Assembly: GCA_965249625.1 (NCBI GenBank)
Contig: OZ252246.1
Span: forward strand, 2,450,236-2,514,235
Direction of reading: 5' to 3'
DNA from: Nitrospinales bacterium
GTDB lineage: Bacteria > Nitrospinota > Nitrospinia > Nitrospinales > VA-1
DNA: 64,000 nucleotides
In this document: positions 44,876 to 54,854 of the stretch, one piece after another
Layout of the letters: every line of letters starts with the position of its first letter
Position numbering within the stretch: the stretch's first letter is position 1
Notes under the pieces: generated by a model
Seen by the model: only the letters and a program-made list of their open reading frames with translations
Database searches by the model: none
What the model was told of the DNA's origin: nothing
Translations under genes and position numbers: made by a program

Positions 44876-47800
44876 TTCATGCTCCTGATTTCATTTGCTA
44901 GATTTTTATCGACACTGCCGATTTGATCTTCAAGTGCTTCATTAAATTTGGTTGTAGCTTCGGTAATGGCACGTTTGTTGGGTTTAGTGTTAAGTAATTC
45001 GTGAAATTCGGTTCCGATATGCTCAGCCCATGGTTGGTCCAAAAATGGAATTGGAATATCTTCAAGATGGGTTATTTTTAACTCGGCAAAAAGTTTGCCT
45101 GTGCGTGGCTGGATTGATCTGAAAAACCACGTAGCAAAACGCGAGTTTAGAACTGCACAAATATAGATTGCAGCCTTCCATTTCATCTTTGGTAGTGGTA
45201 CACAAATGAAAAAATTGTTAGAGAAAAAGTAGCCTTCAGTGTCGATTGCGGCAAGAATGTAATCTCCCGTTCTTCTCACAATGATTTTATGGGATTTATA
45301 GAGGTTAGAATCACCAAGGTTGAAGTATTCACCTTCCTCTCGTTTGAAAACAAGTGGGTCCAGTTGAATATACTTACCTTCCCAAGTTATCTGCATTGGG
45401 GAAATCTCATCGCGCCCAAAAATGAGGGGTTCGCAGAAATCCCCAACAATTTTTTCTAGGAATAGCTTTTCTCGAACGTTTCCCGAATGTATGCCCTCGC
45501 GAAGCGTGAATATCTTGCCCATTGGAACGCCAATAGAACACGCAATATCCAGCAATTCTTGAAGGCGTGGCGAAAGACATAAGTTGAAACGAAACTGTTT
45601 GGTCGTTTTGAAAGTAGATTGTTTAATGAGGTTTACAAGTGATGTCTGGATTTGTCCATCTGGGACCTCGGGAATGCAGCGAATCAGGTGTTCCTCTTTT
45701 GGTATGTAAGCTTTAGCCACCAACGAACACACATCAATACTGGCTTGGTCGAAGGCTTTTCCCCAATGCGCAATTTCCACTATTGAGGTTCGTTGTAATA
45801 AGAGCTGGCGAATACTAGGGTAATTCTTCAAAAGTATAATGTCGGGCAATAGCAAGCCAATAAATCCATCCGATATTACCAAATCGGACGATAGCTCAGA
45901 AAAAATAGCAAACGTATCGACTAATCCCTGTTGCGAGCCCTCAAATTGGAAACGGATAAGGTCTTTTGTTTGAGGGGAGATATAAGCACCCCATGGTGGA
46001 TTCCCAATTACTGCGTCGAACCCGCCATGTTCCATTTTTTGGATTACCTGGGTAGTTCCAGAATCGGGACCGTAAAAAACTTCAGGGAATTCCAATTCCC
46101 AATGGAAAAAGCGGTTAATTTCGAAATCTTTTATTGTATTGCTAACAATTTTCCTAGATTGGTCTGTAAGACCATCCGTTTTAAATTTAACATCCAGCCA
46201 TTCCTGAGATTCTTGTGATTTCAAGAAATCCACAGCGTCCCTGACTTCTTTCTTATTTTTGCCTTTTCCTACTTTTCGAATGGGGTTGCTGAACCATTGG
46301 CTCGTATAAATATCAAGGATTCGTTTGAACGGAACCAAAGCATCCGAGGCTTTATTAAATTCCTCTCGTGACTGTTTTACTTGAGCGCTGGTGACATCGG
46401 ACAACTCGCCGACATGACGCATCAAACCTGTTGCCAACATCAAACCGGTAAACTGGCTTCCGCCAAAAAGCAGAGATTGACCCTTTTCAATTTCCTTCTG
46501 AGCTTCCTCCACATTTGAGCCAATCAAGGAGTTTCCGCATTTCATATGATGATCCAGGAAAGACAGGGGAGCACCCAGTGTGAAACAATCCAACCACAAA
46601 GAAACTTTAGCCAGTTCCACCGCCATGGGATTGAGGTCCACGCCGTATATACAACGTTTGAGCACATATCTTTTAAGAAGATTGACATCGGTCAGGCGGT
46701 TACGGTCGATGGTAATCCTCTGTTCGTCCATCTCTTTGAGAATGGTCTGGCGGGTTTCCTCCAAATGGGCGAAAACAGGATTCCAGGGAAACTTGTTTAA
46801 GAAATCAATGATCTTGTCTGTGATGAAATCAACCGCCTCCACGAGAAAGTGACCTGACCCCATAGCCGGGTCGAGAACTTTGATGTTGAATAATTCATCC
46901 ACGACATGGCGGTAGGTGAATGCGACTTTTTCAGGGTCGTCCTCTTTCATTTTTTGCTTTTCAAAAGCTTCCTTCCGCTTAACGGCCTCCTTGTAGGCTT
47001 GTTGAGCTTCCCGAAATTTGCTCCGCATCTCTTGTTCGAATTTTTCTTCCAGCACCGGACCTACAGCGTTTTCGATGATGTATTCAACGATATGATCCGG
47101 CGTGTAATAGGACCCCGTGGCTTTACGCTCGTGTTTATCGTTTTCAAGATAGACGGTTCCTTTCGATAGAGTACGTTCTTTCGCGTTTTTTCCCCGGCCT
47201 ATGGTAAGGATTTTCTGATTATCTGCTTGTTTGTAAGGAATAATGAGTTCTGTTTTCTTTCCTTTAACCACCGCCATCTTTTCAGGAGCAATGCGAACCT
47301 TGAATTCCAACAAACCTTCATAAATAGAACCCAATTGGCGAACGCCAAGGGATTTGAAATCGATGGATACCAAATCCTGCCTCTTATCATCGATATCTCG
47401 TGTCAATAGGTTGATGGCTTTGGCAAGTTGGAGGTCGGGAACTTTGTTGGAATTAAGAAACCGGGCGTTCTCGGCCTCGGGGCTTGTATCATTATCGTGA
47501 ACGTCGTTCAGGAAAAGGCCGCCGTTATATACCGGAACATTGAGATTAGCATCTCCCCGATCAATGATTTCAAACAAACGTGTTAATCTTTCATAAAGCG
47601 TATATTGATTATTCTTATAATGTTTTTTGAGTTTGGAGTCCGCTTCATCGACTAAGGTTCCTGCCACACCCGCAATTTCTGTTTTGAGCTTATGCAAACT
47701 GGCTTCAAAATAACCACGGGTTTCCTTGACGGGCAATAAATCCCTCGCTTCCGCGTATAGGAGAAACAATAACCGATAAAGAAAAGTGAGGGTCCCTTGA

Positions 47801-49158
47801 AAAACCTTATCCAAATTTTCCTGAGAAAATTCCGCATGCAATCCTTCTCTATCCCGCGCATGGGCAACGAATCCCTCTGAAAGGTGAGGAAATATCTTTT
47901 CAAATACCCTTTCCTTAAGCCGCTTCCCAAGTTCCTTTGCATAATTCTTGCTTTCTGTCAGGAGTCTGTCCAGAAAAGTGGTGGTTTTCTCTTCTCCTTC
48001 AATCGTTAGAGTGGTTGGTTCAAATGACTGCCTGCGAAATAACAGCCAAAAATATCTAAAGGCTTCGGCGGGGTCTCCCACCCTTTGTCCACTTTGAGCC
48101 AGGACTTCTTCCAAATCGATTTGATAATAGTTGGTTGCCCTGGAATGGGCATGCCGGGAATAAAGCCTCCAGATTTTTCCATTAGTCACTATGGCCCATG
48201 GGGCTTCTCCCACTTCCAGCAAGCTGACAACAACCGCTCCGGGGTTTTCTTCAGGACTTTCCTTATCCCTTTCAGGGTCTTTTCCATCCAGGGAACGACC
48301 CCAAGGGTAAACCAAAGAGAAAGCGAGAGGCTGGCTATCGCTGGTTGAAGCCATTAGACGGTAGTCTGGTTCGGCAATATCGCTTCCCGCTTTTTTCCCT
48401 ACCTTATATGAGAAACCTAGTATTTTTAATGTGGACTCCAGGAGTTCTTTTCTCAGAACTTCTTCCTTTTGTCCCCTCATTTTTGGAGACTTCTCTAAAA
48501 ACAGTTTGTTCAATTCTAAAAATGCAGGTTTCGGGTTCTCCGACCATTCAGGGAAATCCCGGAGCCTCTCTATAAGGTAATAATCCGAAAATAAAGCGCG
48601 GTTATTGAAGAATTCTTCCGACCAATCGGCAATGGCATAAGCAGAGATAAACTTATCGTACTGAGCAAAGGGATCGCTTTCTGTATAGGTGAATCTCTTT
48701 AAAACCCGCAGGTGAACGCGAGAAGGTTTTTTCCGTTCAACAGTTAAAGTTCGTGGGCGAATTCCCACTTGGGGAGAACCTATTGTCTTTTTTGAGGGGC
48801 TGGTTAAGGGAAGATATTTTTCCAGCAAAACAAAATCGATTCGTTCGTAGTCGCTGGTCAGAACTAAAAGATAGTTTCCGGTCCTGTTACGAAAGTTCCG
48901 GGCAAGCGCACGGGTATGAGTTACGGTAACGCTGGTTAATTCGAATAAGTAGACTTGAAAAAGGCCATCCTCGTCAGCGAGCAACTCAATTTTCTTAATG
49001 GGCCGGAGAGTTCCTTCCGCGGAAATCCCCAGATTGCTGGCAGTCTGTACAATACGGCTATTTGTATTGAACCCCAAGCTTGAGAAAAAACCTTCCAAAG
49101 CATCGGCACTGGAAAGTTGTTGAATATCATGGAGGGTAAGGTCTCGGTCAAATATCAT
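44872..49158 (-). CDS. Giant (1428 aa) type IIG-like gamma-class N6-adenine DNA methyltransferase with a degenerate N-terminal nuclease-like domain
   Basis: ALFSDYYLIERL...PDYRL...WAIVTNGKIWRLY N-terminal module. YYTPDHIV, motif I LDPAMGSGHFLVEAV and motif IV VIGNPPWG. A C-terminal region of about 390 aa is a presumed TRD. Confidence 0.85.
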   Translation of the reverse strand: MIFDRDLTLHDIQQLSSADALEGFFSSLGFNTNSRIVQTASNLGISAEGTLRPIKKIELLADEDGLFQVYLFELTSVTVTHTRALARNFRNRTGNYLLVLTSDYERIDFVLLEKYLPLTSPSKKTIGSPQVGIRPRTLTVERKKPSRVHLRVLKRFTYTESDPFAQYDKFISAYAIADWSEEFFNNRALFSDYYLIERLRDFPEWSENPKPAFLELNKLFLEKSPKMRGQKEEVLRKELLESTLKILGFSYKVGKKAGSDIAEPDYRLMASTSDSQPLAFSLVYPWGRSLDGKDPERDKESPEENPGAVVVSLLEVGEAPWAIVTNGKIWRLYSRHAHSRATNYYQIDLEEVLAQSGQRVGDPAEAFRYFWLLFRRQSFEPTTLTIEGEEKTTTFLDRLLTESKNYAKELGKRLKERVFEKIFPHLSEGFVAHARDREGLHAEFSQENLDKVFQGTLTFLYRLLFLLYAEARDLLPVKETRGYFEASLHKLKTEIAGVAGTLVDEADSKLKKHYKNNQYTLYERLTRLFEIIDRGDANLNVPVYNGGLFLNDVHDNDTSPEAENARFLNSNKVPDLQLAKAINLLTRDIDDKRQDLVSIDFKSLGVRQLGSIYEGLLEFKVRIAPEKMAVVKGKKTELIIPYKQADNQKILTIGRGKNAKERTLSKGTVYLENDKHERKATGSYYTPDHIVEYIIENAVGPVLEEKFEQEMRSKFREAQQAYKEAVKRKEAFEKQKMKEDDPEKVAFTYRHVVDELFNIKVLDPAMGSGHFLVEAVDFITDKIIDFLNKFPWNPVFAHLEETRQTILKEMDEQRITIDRNRLTDVNLLKRYVLKRCIYGVDLNPMAVELAKVSLWLDCFTLGAPLSFLDHHMKCGNSLIGSNVEEAQKEIEKGQSLLFGGSQFTGLMLATGLMRHVGELSDVTSAQVKQSREEFNKASDALVPFKRILDIYTSQWFSNPIRKVGKGKNKKEVRDAVDFLKSQESQEWLDVKFKTDGLTDQSRKIVSNTIKDFEINRFFHWELEFPEVFYGPDSGTTQVIQKMEHGGFDAVIGNPPWGAYISPQTKDLIRFQFEGSQQGLVDTFAIFSELSSDLVISDGFIGLLLPDIILLKNYPSIRQLLLQRTSIVEIAHWGKAFDQASIDVCSLVAKAYIPKEEHLIRCIPEVPDGQIQTSLVNLIKQSTFKTTKQFRFNLCLSPRLQELLDIACSIGVPMGKIFTLREGIHSGNVREKLFLEKIVGDFCEPLIFGRDEISPMQITWEGKYIQLDPLVFKREEGEYFNLGDSNLYKSHKIIVRRTGDYILAAIDTEGYFFSNNFFICVPLPKMKWKAAIYICAVLNSRFATWFFRSIQPRTGKLFAELKITHLEDIPIPFLDQPWAEHIGTEFHELLNTKPNKRAITEATTKFNEALEDQIGSVDKNLANEIRSMK

Positions 49159-49354
49159 TTCAAAATACTAAAATTCGATCAGCGTGGGGCCAATGAGTAA
49201 TAACTCTTCTGGCAAGTAACTATGTTATCGGCTTATTAAGCCCTCTGCCCAGTTTCCACCGGGCGCGTGGTACTTACCTCACCTTAGCTTTCATGCCCCG
49301 GAGGGGTATGGCGGATACAATATGTTGTGGGCTGGGCCTCAAAGTATACCAAAC

Positions 49355-49363
49355 ATGGTATAA
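49355..49363 (+). promoter_or_regulatory. Candidate extended -10 promoter upstream of smc
   Basis: TGgTATAAT (TG at 49355-49356, TATAAT at 49358-49363), about 90 nt upstream of the smc ATG. No good -35 element. Confidence 0.3.
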
Positions 49364-49453
49364 TTTCACTTTACAATATCTCAGGATTGGGATAATCTTC
49401 CTTCCAGAATATATGACTCAAAAGATCCGATAATCCCCGGAGCCCCACCAAAT

Positions 49454-52400
49454 ATGTACCTGAAAAACTTAGAATTAGAAGGTTTCAAATCGTTTGTCGA
49501 TTCCACCAATCTGGAGTTTGGAAACGGTTTTACGGCCATTGTCGGCCCCAACGGTTGCGGAAAGAGCAATGTCTCCGACGCGATTCGCTGGGTCATCGGC
49601 GAGCAAAGGTCCAAAACCCTGCGTAGCACCCGTATCACGGATCTCATATTCAATGGCAGCAGCAGCCGAAAACCGGTGAACCGAGCAGAAATCTCCCTGA
49701 CCTTATCCAATGTACCAGCGGGAATCCGGATCGCCGGAATTTCCAATACAGCCGAAGATGTCAAAGTCACCCGTTGCTACCATCGTTCCGGCGAAAGCGA
49801 ATTTTATATCAACCAGATTCCATGCCGCTTGAAGGATATCACGGATTTCCTTTTGGATGCGGGGATCAGCCCAAAAGTCCTGACCATTATTGAGCAGGGC
49901 CATATTCAGGACATCATCACTTCCAAACCGGAAGAAAGGCGTATTCTGATTGAAGAAGCTGCGGGAACCCTTAAATTCAAACACCGCAAAAACGAAGCCA
50001 TCCGCAAGCTCGACAGCTCGCGCCAGAATTTGGAACGGGTGGCGGATATCGTTCAGGAACTGTCGCGACAGGTCGAATCGTTAAAGCGCCAGGCCGCCAA
50101 GGCGGAACGCTATAAAAAATACAAAGCCGAGGTCAAGGAACTTTCCCTCAAGCTTTTCTCCATCAAAGTCCGCCGCTACCAGTCGCAACTGCTGACGATA
50201 GAAGCGGAGTTAGAGGAGCAAACAGAAAAGAAATCCGAGTGGAATGCCCGTCTCTCCACCTTAGAAAATCAGATTGCCCAACTCAATGTCGAAATCGAAG
50301 AATCGTTGAGCCGGTTGAATGAAGCACGCGAAACCATTCACCAGTTGAACTCCCAAATCGGAAACAGCGAACAAAGCATTGCTTTCAAAAAAGAGCAGAA
50401 ATCTGAAGCAGAAACGGATATCGAGTCCGCCACAGGAGAAATCTCCCAGATGGAAGGGGAAATTAGCAGCCTGGCAAACCAGATCGAAAACGAAAGGCAA
50501 AACCTTTCTGCCACCTCACAGGAAATCAACGAGCAGGAAATTGTGCTGGATCAACGCAAAGCTGAAAACGAGCAGAAACGGGATGCGTTGCAGGAAATTC
50601 AGGAGCAGGTTCTCAGCAGCGAAAAAAATGTTCACAACTTATTCCAGCAGACAGCCCAATCGGAAAACCAGATGACCGCTCTGGATACCCGTATCCAGGG
50701 ATTGGAAACCGGTCAGAAAAAACTAGTGACAGAAAAGGAAGAAATCTATTTCCAAATTCAGGAAAACCAATCGAGTCTGGAGCAAAGAGAATCAGAACAC
50801 CGGCAGAAAACCGAGGAACTTGCGCGTTTAAAAGAACAGCAAGAGACATCGCGGCAGGAAACCACCTCCTACTCGCAACAATTCCAAGCTGAAACAGACC
50901 GTCATAGCTCCAAAAAAGAGGACTATTTTCATAAAGCCTCCCTTCTCGGCACATTGGAAAAACTGAGAAACCAGTTTGAGGGATTTCATGAGGGCGTTAA
51001 ATCCCTTATGAACAAACAAAACGGCGAACGCATTCCAGGAATCCGGGAAGTGCTGGTCGATGTGTTACAAACGCCGGCGGAATATGAAGTGGCCATCGAA
51101 ACAGCCCTGGGTGAAAAACTGCAAAGCGTTATTGTCAATTCCTATTCCGATTCGCTGGAGGCCATCGGCTATCTTAAGAATCATCAGTCCGGTCGGGGCC
51201 TGTTCGCTCCTCTCAATCCGAAAGCAACTCCTTCCGCACCCCTTTATATGAATGGCACACAGGGAATCGTGGGCAAGGCCCTCAACTTTGTCGAATGTCA
51301 GGAAGAGTATCGGCCTGTTATCGAATTGTTACTGAAAAGCGTTGTCATCGTTCAGGATATGGATGTCGCCCTGCACCTGCATCAAGAGCCAGAATTTCAG
51401 GGTACCGTTGTCACCTTGAACGGAGAAATGATTGATGCTAACGGATTCGTCACCGGAGGCTCACTGGAAAATGATTCCTCAAGTCTGCTGGCCAGGAACC
51501 GGGAAATAGAAACTCTCACCCGTAGTGTCGGTAGCGTTGAAGAGGAATTGGATGCCTCGCAGGAAAATATCGAAAATAAAAAACAGGGCCTTTCCCAACT
51601 TGAGGCCAACCTGAGGCAACTGGGCCAGCAGACTCATACCACCGAGATCGCAACGAATAACAAACTCCGCGATCTGGAACAATCGCGTCAGGAAGCAGAA
51701 CGCCTTGGCAGCAAAAGCTCCTCCATTGACGAGGAAATTTCGGCCATAGACCAAGAAAGAGAAAAACTGGTCGCGGAGAAATCTTCACTGGACCAACAAT
51801 TGGAATCCGCCGAGCAAAAAAGGGTTGAGGAAGAAGTGCTTTTAACCGGCTATCGGGAAGAACTGGAACAGAGCCGGTCTGGCCTTGAGGAAATTTCATC
51901 CGAGATCAGCCGACTCAAAGTTCTGATCGCATCGCTGATCGGCCGGCGAGAAAACACACTCACAGAAATCAAACGACTGGAACTCCAGCAACAAAACCTG
52001 AAACAGCAAATTGAAAGGCGCGAGTCGGACCGCGTTTCCAACCAGAACAGAATTACTGAAATTGATGGCGAAATTTCAACCCTGGAAAGCACAGTCCTCA
52101 AACTTTCCCGGGAAAAAGATCAGCTGACCGAAACAGCCGCTCAGGAAGAAGAGTCCCTGCGGCAGAAGGAAGAGGATCAAAAGGGTATGGAACAGGACAC
52201 CCGCGAACTTTCCCGAAAAATTCAGGAAATCACCGAGACCCTTTCTCAAATTGAAATCAAGCGATCTGAAAACCGCCTGCAAATCGCCCACTTGGAAGAA
52301 CGCACTTACGAAGACTTTAACGCAACACGGGAAGAGTTACAGTCGGCCTACGACGAGACCATTGATGAGAGCGAAACGGACGAACAGGTTAAAGAACTCA

Positions 52401-53011
52401 AGGAAAAGGTGGCAAAATTAGGTGAGGTCAATCTGGCCGCGCTTGCGGATTTTGAAAAAACCAACGAGCGTTACACCTTCCTGAAAAAACAGCAGGACGA
52501 TCTGGCCGAGTCCATCGAACTACTCCATTTAACCATTGAAAAAATAAACCGCACCACCAAACAACGGTTTCTCGATACCTTCGAATTGGTGAACGTAAAT
52601 TTCAAGGAAATTTTTGCGCGTCTCTTTCAAGGTGGAAAAGCAAACCTGACCCTGGTTGACAAGGCTAACCCTCTCGATTCGGGAATTGAAATCACCGCAA
52701 ATCCTTTAGGAAAAAGCCTGCAAAGTCTGGCTCTGATGTCCGGAGGAGAAAAAGCCATGACCGCCATCGCTCTGATGTTTGCGGTATTCAAAGTCCGGCC
52801 CAGCCCCTTCTGCCTGTTGGATGAAGTGGATGCCCCGCTGGATGAAGCCAATGTGGTCCGCTTCCAGGAAATGCTCAAAGAAATGGCTGTTAACACACAA
52901 TTCATCATCATCACCCACAACCAAAAAACCATGTCTTTTGCCAACGCACTCTACGGCATCACCATGGAAGAACAGGGTGTCTCCAAAGCAGTCTCCGTCC
53001 ACTTCAACTAG
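49454..53011 (+). CDS. smc: Chromosome partition protein Smc
   Basis: MYLKNLELEGFKSF...VGPNGCGKSN Walker A. Long coiled coils with a central hinge. C-terminal LSGGEKAMTAIAL signature and LLDEVDAPLD Walker B. Confidence 0.95.
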   Translation: MYLKNLELEGFKSFVDSTNLEFGNGFTAIVGPNGCGKSNVSDAIRWVIGEQRSKTLRSTRITDLIFNGSSSRKPVNRAEISLTLSNVPAGIRIAGISNTAEDVKVTRCYHRSGESEFYINQIPCRLKDITDFLLDAGISPKVLTIIEQGHIQDIITSKPEERRILIEEAAGTLKFKHRKNEAIRKLDSSRQNLERVADIVQELSRQVESLKRQAAKAERYKKYKAEVKELSLKLFSIKVRRYQSQLLTIEAELEEQTEKKSEWNARLSTLENQIAQLNVEIEESLSRLNEARETIHQLNSQIGNSEQSIAFKKEQKSEAETDIESATGEISQMEGEISSLANQIENERQNLSATSQEINEQEIVLDQRKAENEQKRDALQEIQEQVLSSEKNVHNLFQQTAQSENQMTALDTRIQGLETGQKKLVTEKEEIYFQIQENQSSLEQRESEHRQKTEELARLKEQQETSRQETTSYSQQFQAETDRHSSKKEDYFHKASLLGTLEKLRNQFEGFHEGVKSLMNKQNGERIPGIREVLVDVLQTPAEYEVAIETALGEKLQSVIVNSYSDSLEAIGYLKNHQSGRGLFAPLNPKATPSAPLYMNGTQGIVGKALNFVECQEEYRPVIELLLKSVVIVQDMDVALHLHQEPEFQGTVVTLNGEMIDANGFVTGGSLENDSSSLLARNREIETLTRSVGSVEEELDASQENIENKKQGLSQLEANLRQLGQQTHTTEIATNNKLRDLEQSRQEAERLGSKSSSIDEEISAIDQEREKLVAEKSSLDQQLESAEQKRVEEEVLLTGYREELEQSRSGLEEISSEISRLKVLIASLIGRRENTLTEIKRLELQQQNLKQQIERRESDRVSNQNRITEIDGEISTLESTVLKLSREKDQLTETAAQEEESLRQKEEDQKGMEQDTRELSRKIQEITETLSQIEIKRSENRLQIAHLEERTYEDFNATREELQSAYDETIDESETDEQVKELKEKVAKLGEVNLAALADFEKTNERYTFLKKQQDDLAESIELLHLTIEKINRTTKQRFLDTFELVNVNFKEIFARLFQGGKANLTLVDKANPLDSGIEITANPLGKSLQSLALMSGGEKAMTAIALMFAVFKVRPSPFCLLDEVDAPLDEANVVRFQEMLKEMAVNTQFIIITHNQKTMSFANALYGITMEEQGVSKAVSVHFN

Positions 53012-53122
53012 CCGGCGTAACCGCCGCTGGCAATAAGGCGGTGATACCCCCCTCCGGGCATGAAGACAAATGATGGAGATACCACACGCACGCGACCGCC
53101 CAAAGCATAAATTTATTGCTCA

Positions 53123-53152
53123 TTGCTACCGGCGGCTACGCCGGGGTATAAT
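53123..53152 (+). promoter_or_regulatory. Candidate sigma-70 promoter for the LRR gene
   Basis: TTGCTA (53123-53128), an 18-nt spacer, then TATAAT (53147-53152), 31 nt upstream of the ATG at 53183. Confidence 0.3.
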
Positions 53153-53182
53153 CCGCTTCATATTAACTAATTGTATCTTGCT

Positions 53183-54535
53183 ATGGCGGAAGCGAAAGAC
53201 ATTGACGACAGCTTGGAGTTCCTCCGGTATTTTGAAAAAAACACCGAGAACTCCGACCTCGGTACTCTCATCCGGGAGAAGTTGAGTTTCGACAAAAAAT
53301 CTCTGAATCTTTTAGGTTGTCAGCTTAAAGAAGAGGATTTCAAAATCATCGCTGGAGCCAGTCCTCTTAAATCTCTTTCTTTCCTGAATCTTGAACAAAC
53401 AGGTTTGAATTCTAGTGGACTGCAATCGCTCAGCGCTTCCGACTGTTTTTGTAATCTGGAAAACCTTTCGCTGGCCAACAATAATCTCGACGACGAAGCC
53501 TTATTCTTCCTTTCCAAGTGCCGGGCACTGACGCTTCTGAAAGACTTGAGTTTATCCAGCAACGAAATCGGCGTACTGGGGGCCAAGGTTCTTTCTTTGG
53601 CAGAAGGCATGAACAATCTGGAGCGGTTGGACCTTTCTTACAACCGTTTGGAACCACTTGGCATTAAATCGCTTGCCGACTCAAAACTTGGCCGCCAAAT
53701 AACCGATATCAATCTTCGCGACACGGGGATTGGTGATGAGGGTTTAAGGTTTTTAACAAAGGCACCCCCTCTTGAAAAGATTCTCACGGTTGATCTTTCC
53801 GATAATGGTTTGACCCATGAAGGAATGGAGGCTCTGGCGCAGTCGCAGGTGTTTCCTAATCTCAAAGTTTTGATTCTGAACAACAACCATCTTGGAGATG
53901 ATGGAGTCTATGCCATGGCCGAGTCTCCCATGCTAGCAAAACTCGAAATCCTGATCATGCACAATAACGGATTGACCACCGATAGTGCCATTTCCCTTTC
54001 CACCTCTAAATCGATCACTCAACTTAAAACACTGGACCTGAATAACAACGATCTTCGTGCCGAGGGAGTGAAGGCACTGGCGGAATCCGCAAATATGAAA
54101 AATATGGAAACGCTGGATCTCGGCGAGAATAAAATCGGCCACAAGGGCGCAGAGGCCTTGGCGCAATCTCCTCATTGCGCCAGCCTGAAATCTTTGCGAC
54201 TGAACAACAATAATATTGCCGATCAGGGGGCCACGGCGTTGGCCTGTTCTACCACCCTGACTCAATTGGAATCTTTATACCTGGAAAACGAAAACTGGAT
54301 TCGTGCACAAGGTACCAAGGCAATTGCCGAGTCCAAAAATTTGTCCAGCCTTCGCCGGTTGGTACTCGCCTTGAATGCCATTGGCGATGAAGGCGCAATT
54401 TATCTGGCCAATTCCCACCCACTCTCCGGCCTGCATTTTTTAAACGTAGCGGGCAGCAAGCTGAGCCCCAGAGGGGAAGATGCCCTGCAAAAATCCGCAG
54501 CACTGACCAATCTTCAAGTTCTTGAAATTGTTTGA
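53183..54535 (+). CDS. Ribonuclease-inhibitor-type (RNI-like) leucine-rich repeat protein
   Basis: About 14 tandem 28-aa repeats of the form L..L.L..N.IGD.GA.ALA.S..L..L. No signal peptide seen. Confidence 0.8.
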   Translation: MAEAKDIDDSLEFLRYFEKNTENSDLGTLIREKLSFDKKSLNLLGCQLKEEDFKIIAGASPLKSLSFLNLEQTGLNSSGLQSLSASDCFCNLENLSLANNNLDDEALFFLSKCRALTLLKDLSLSSNEIGVLGAKVLSLAEGMNNLERLDLSYNRLEPLGIKSLADSKLGRQITDINLRDTGIGDEGLRFLTKAPPLEKILTVDLSDNGLTHEGMEALAQSQVFPNLKVLILNNNHLGDDGVYAMAESPMLAKLEILIMHNNGLTTDSAISLSTSKSITQLKTLDLNNNDLRAEGVKALAESANMKNMETLDLGENKIGHKGAEALAQSPHCASLKSLRLNNNNIADQGATALACSTTLTQLESLYLENENWIRAQGTKAIAESKNLSSLRRLVLALNAIGDEGAIYLANSHPLSGLHFLNVAGSKLSPRGEDALQKSAALTNLQVLEIV

Positions 54536-54792
54536 TAAACCGGTTTGGCTCATCGCGTTGCGCCGGGTCGGCGAAGAGGAACGTTGTCGAGGTTGCCAGC
54601 ATAGGTCAAAGCGTTAAGAATCCTCCAGGTAGAGTGCCTCTACAGGCTATAGCAATGGCTTTTTTACCCCTCCGTGGCACGAAGTACCCCCGTGCCGGGC
54701 ATGAAGTTTAAGGAAGAGGACATCACAGCTACGGAAGAATATCACGTCCGCTTGCACAGCAGGTTGTTTCTCGGCACAAAGGAGTAAAATGA

Positions 54793-54813
54793 CCCCTCTT
54801 TATCAAAGAGGGG
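54793..54813 (-). terminator. Hairpin downstream of elbB (candidate terminator)
   Basis: CCCCTCTTT-atc-AAAGAGGGG, a 9-bp stem about 40 nt after the elbB stop, followed on the minus strand by TCATTTTA. Confidence 0.4.
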
Positions 54814-54854
54814 CTGGGGTGATTGACCTTCCGGGGTGTTATCTTTTCAATAAA

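Noticed and set aside
40380-49158. Assignment of the three-gene island to DISARM or BREX
   Set aside because: An SNF2 helicase, a PLD nuclease and a large adenine methylase are reminiscent of class 1 DISARM. However, the defining DrmA helicase and DrmB (DUF1998) are absent, as are PglZ and BrxC for BREX. Nothing else in the island could encode them.
49381-49770. 129-aa minus-strand ORF overlapping the smc start
   Set aside because: Antisense to the conserved Smc N-terminal Walker A region, with no motif.
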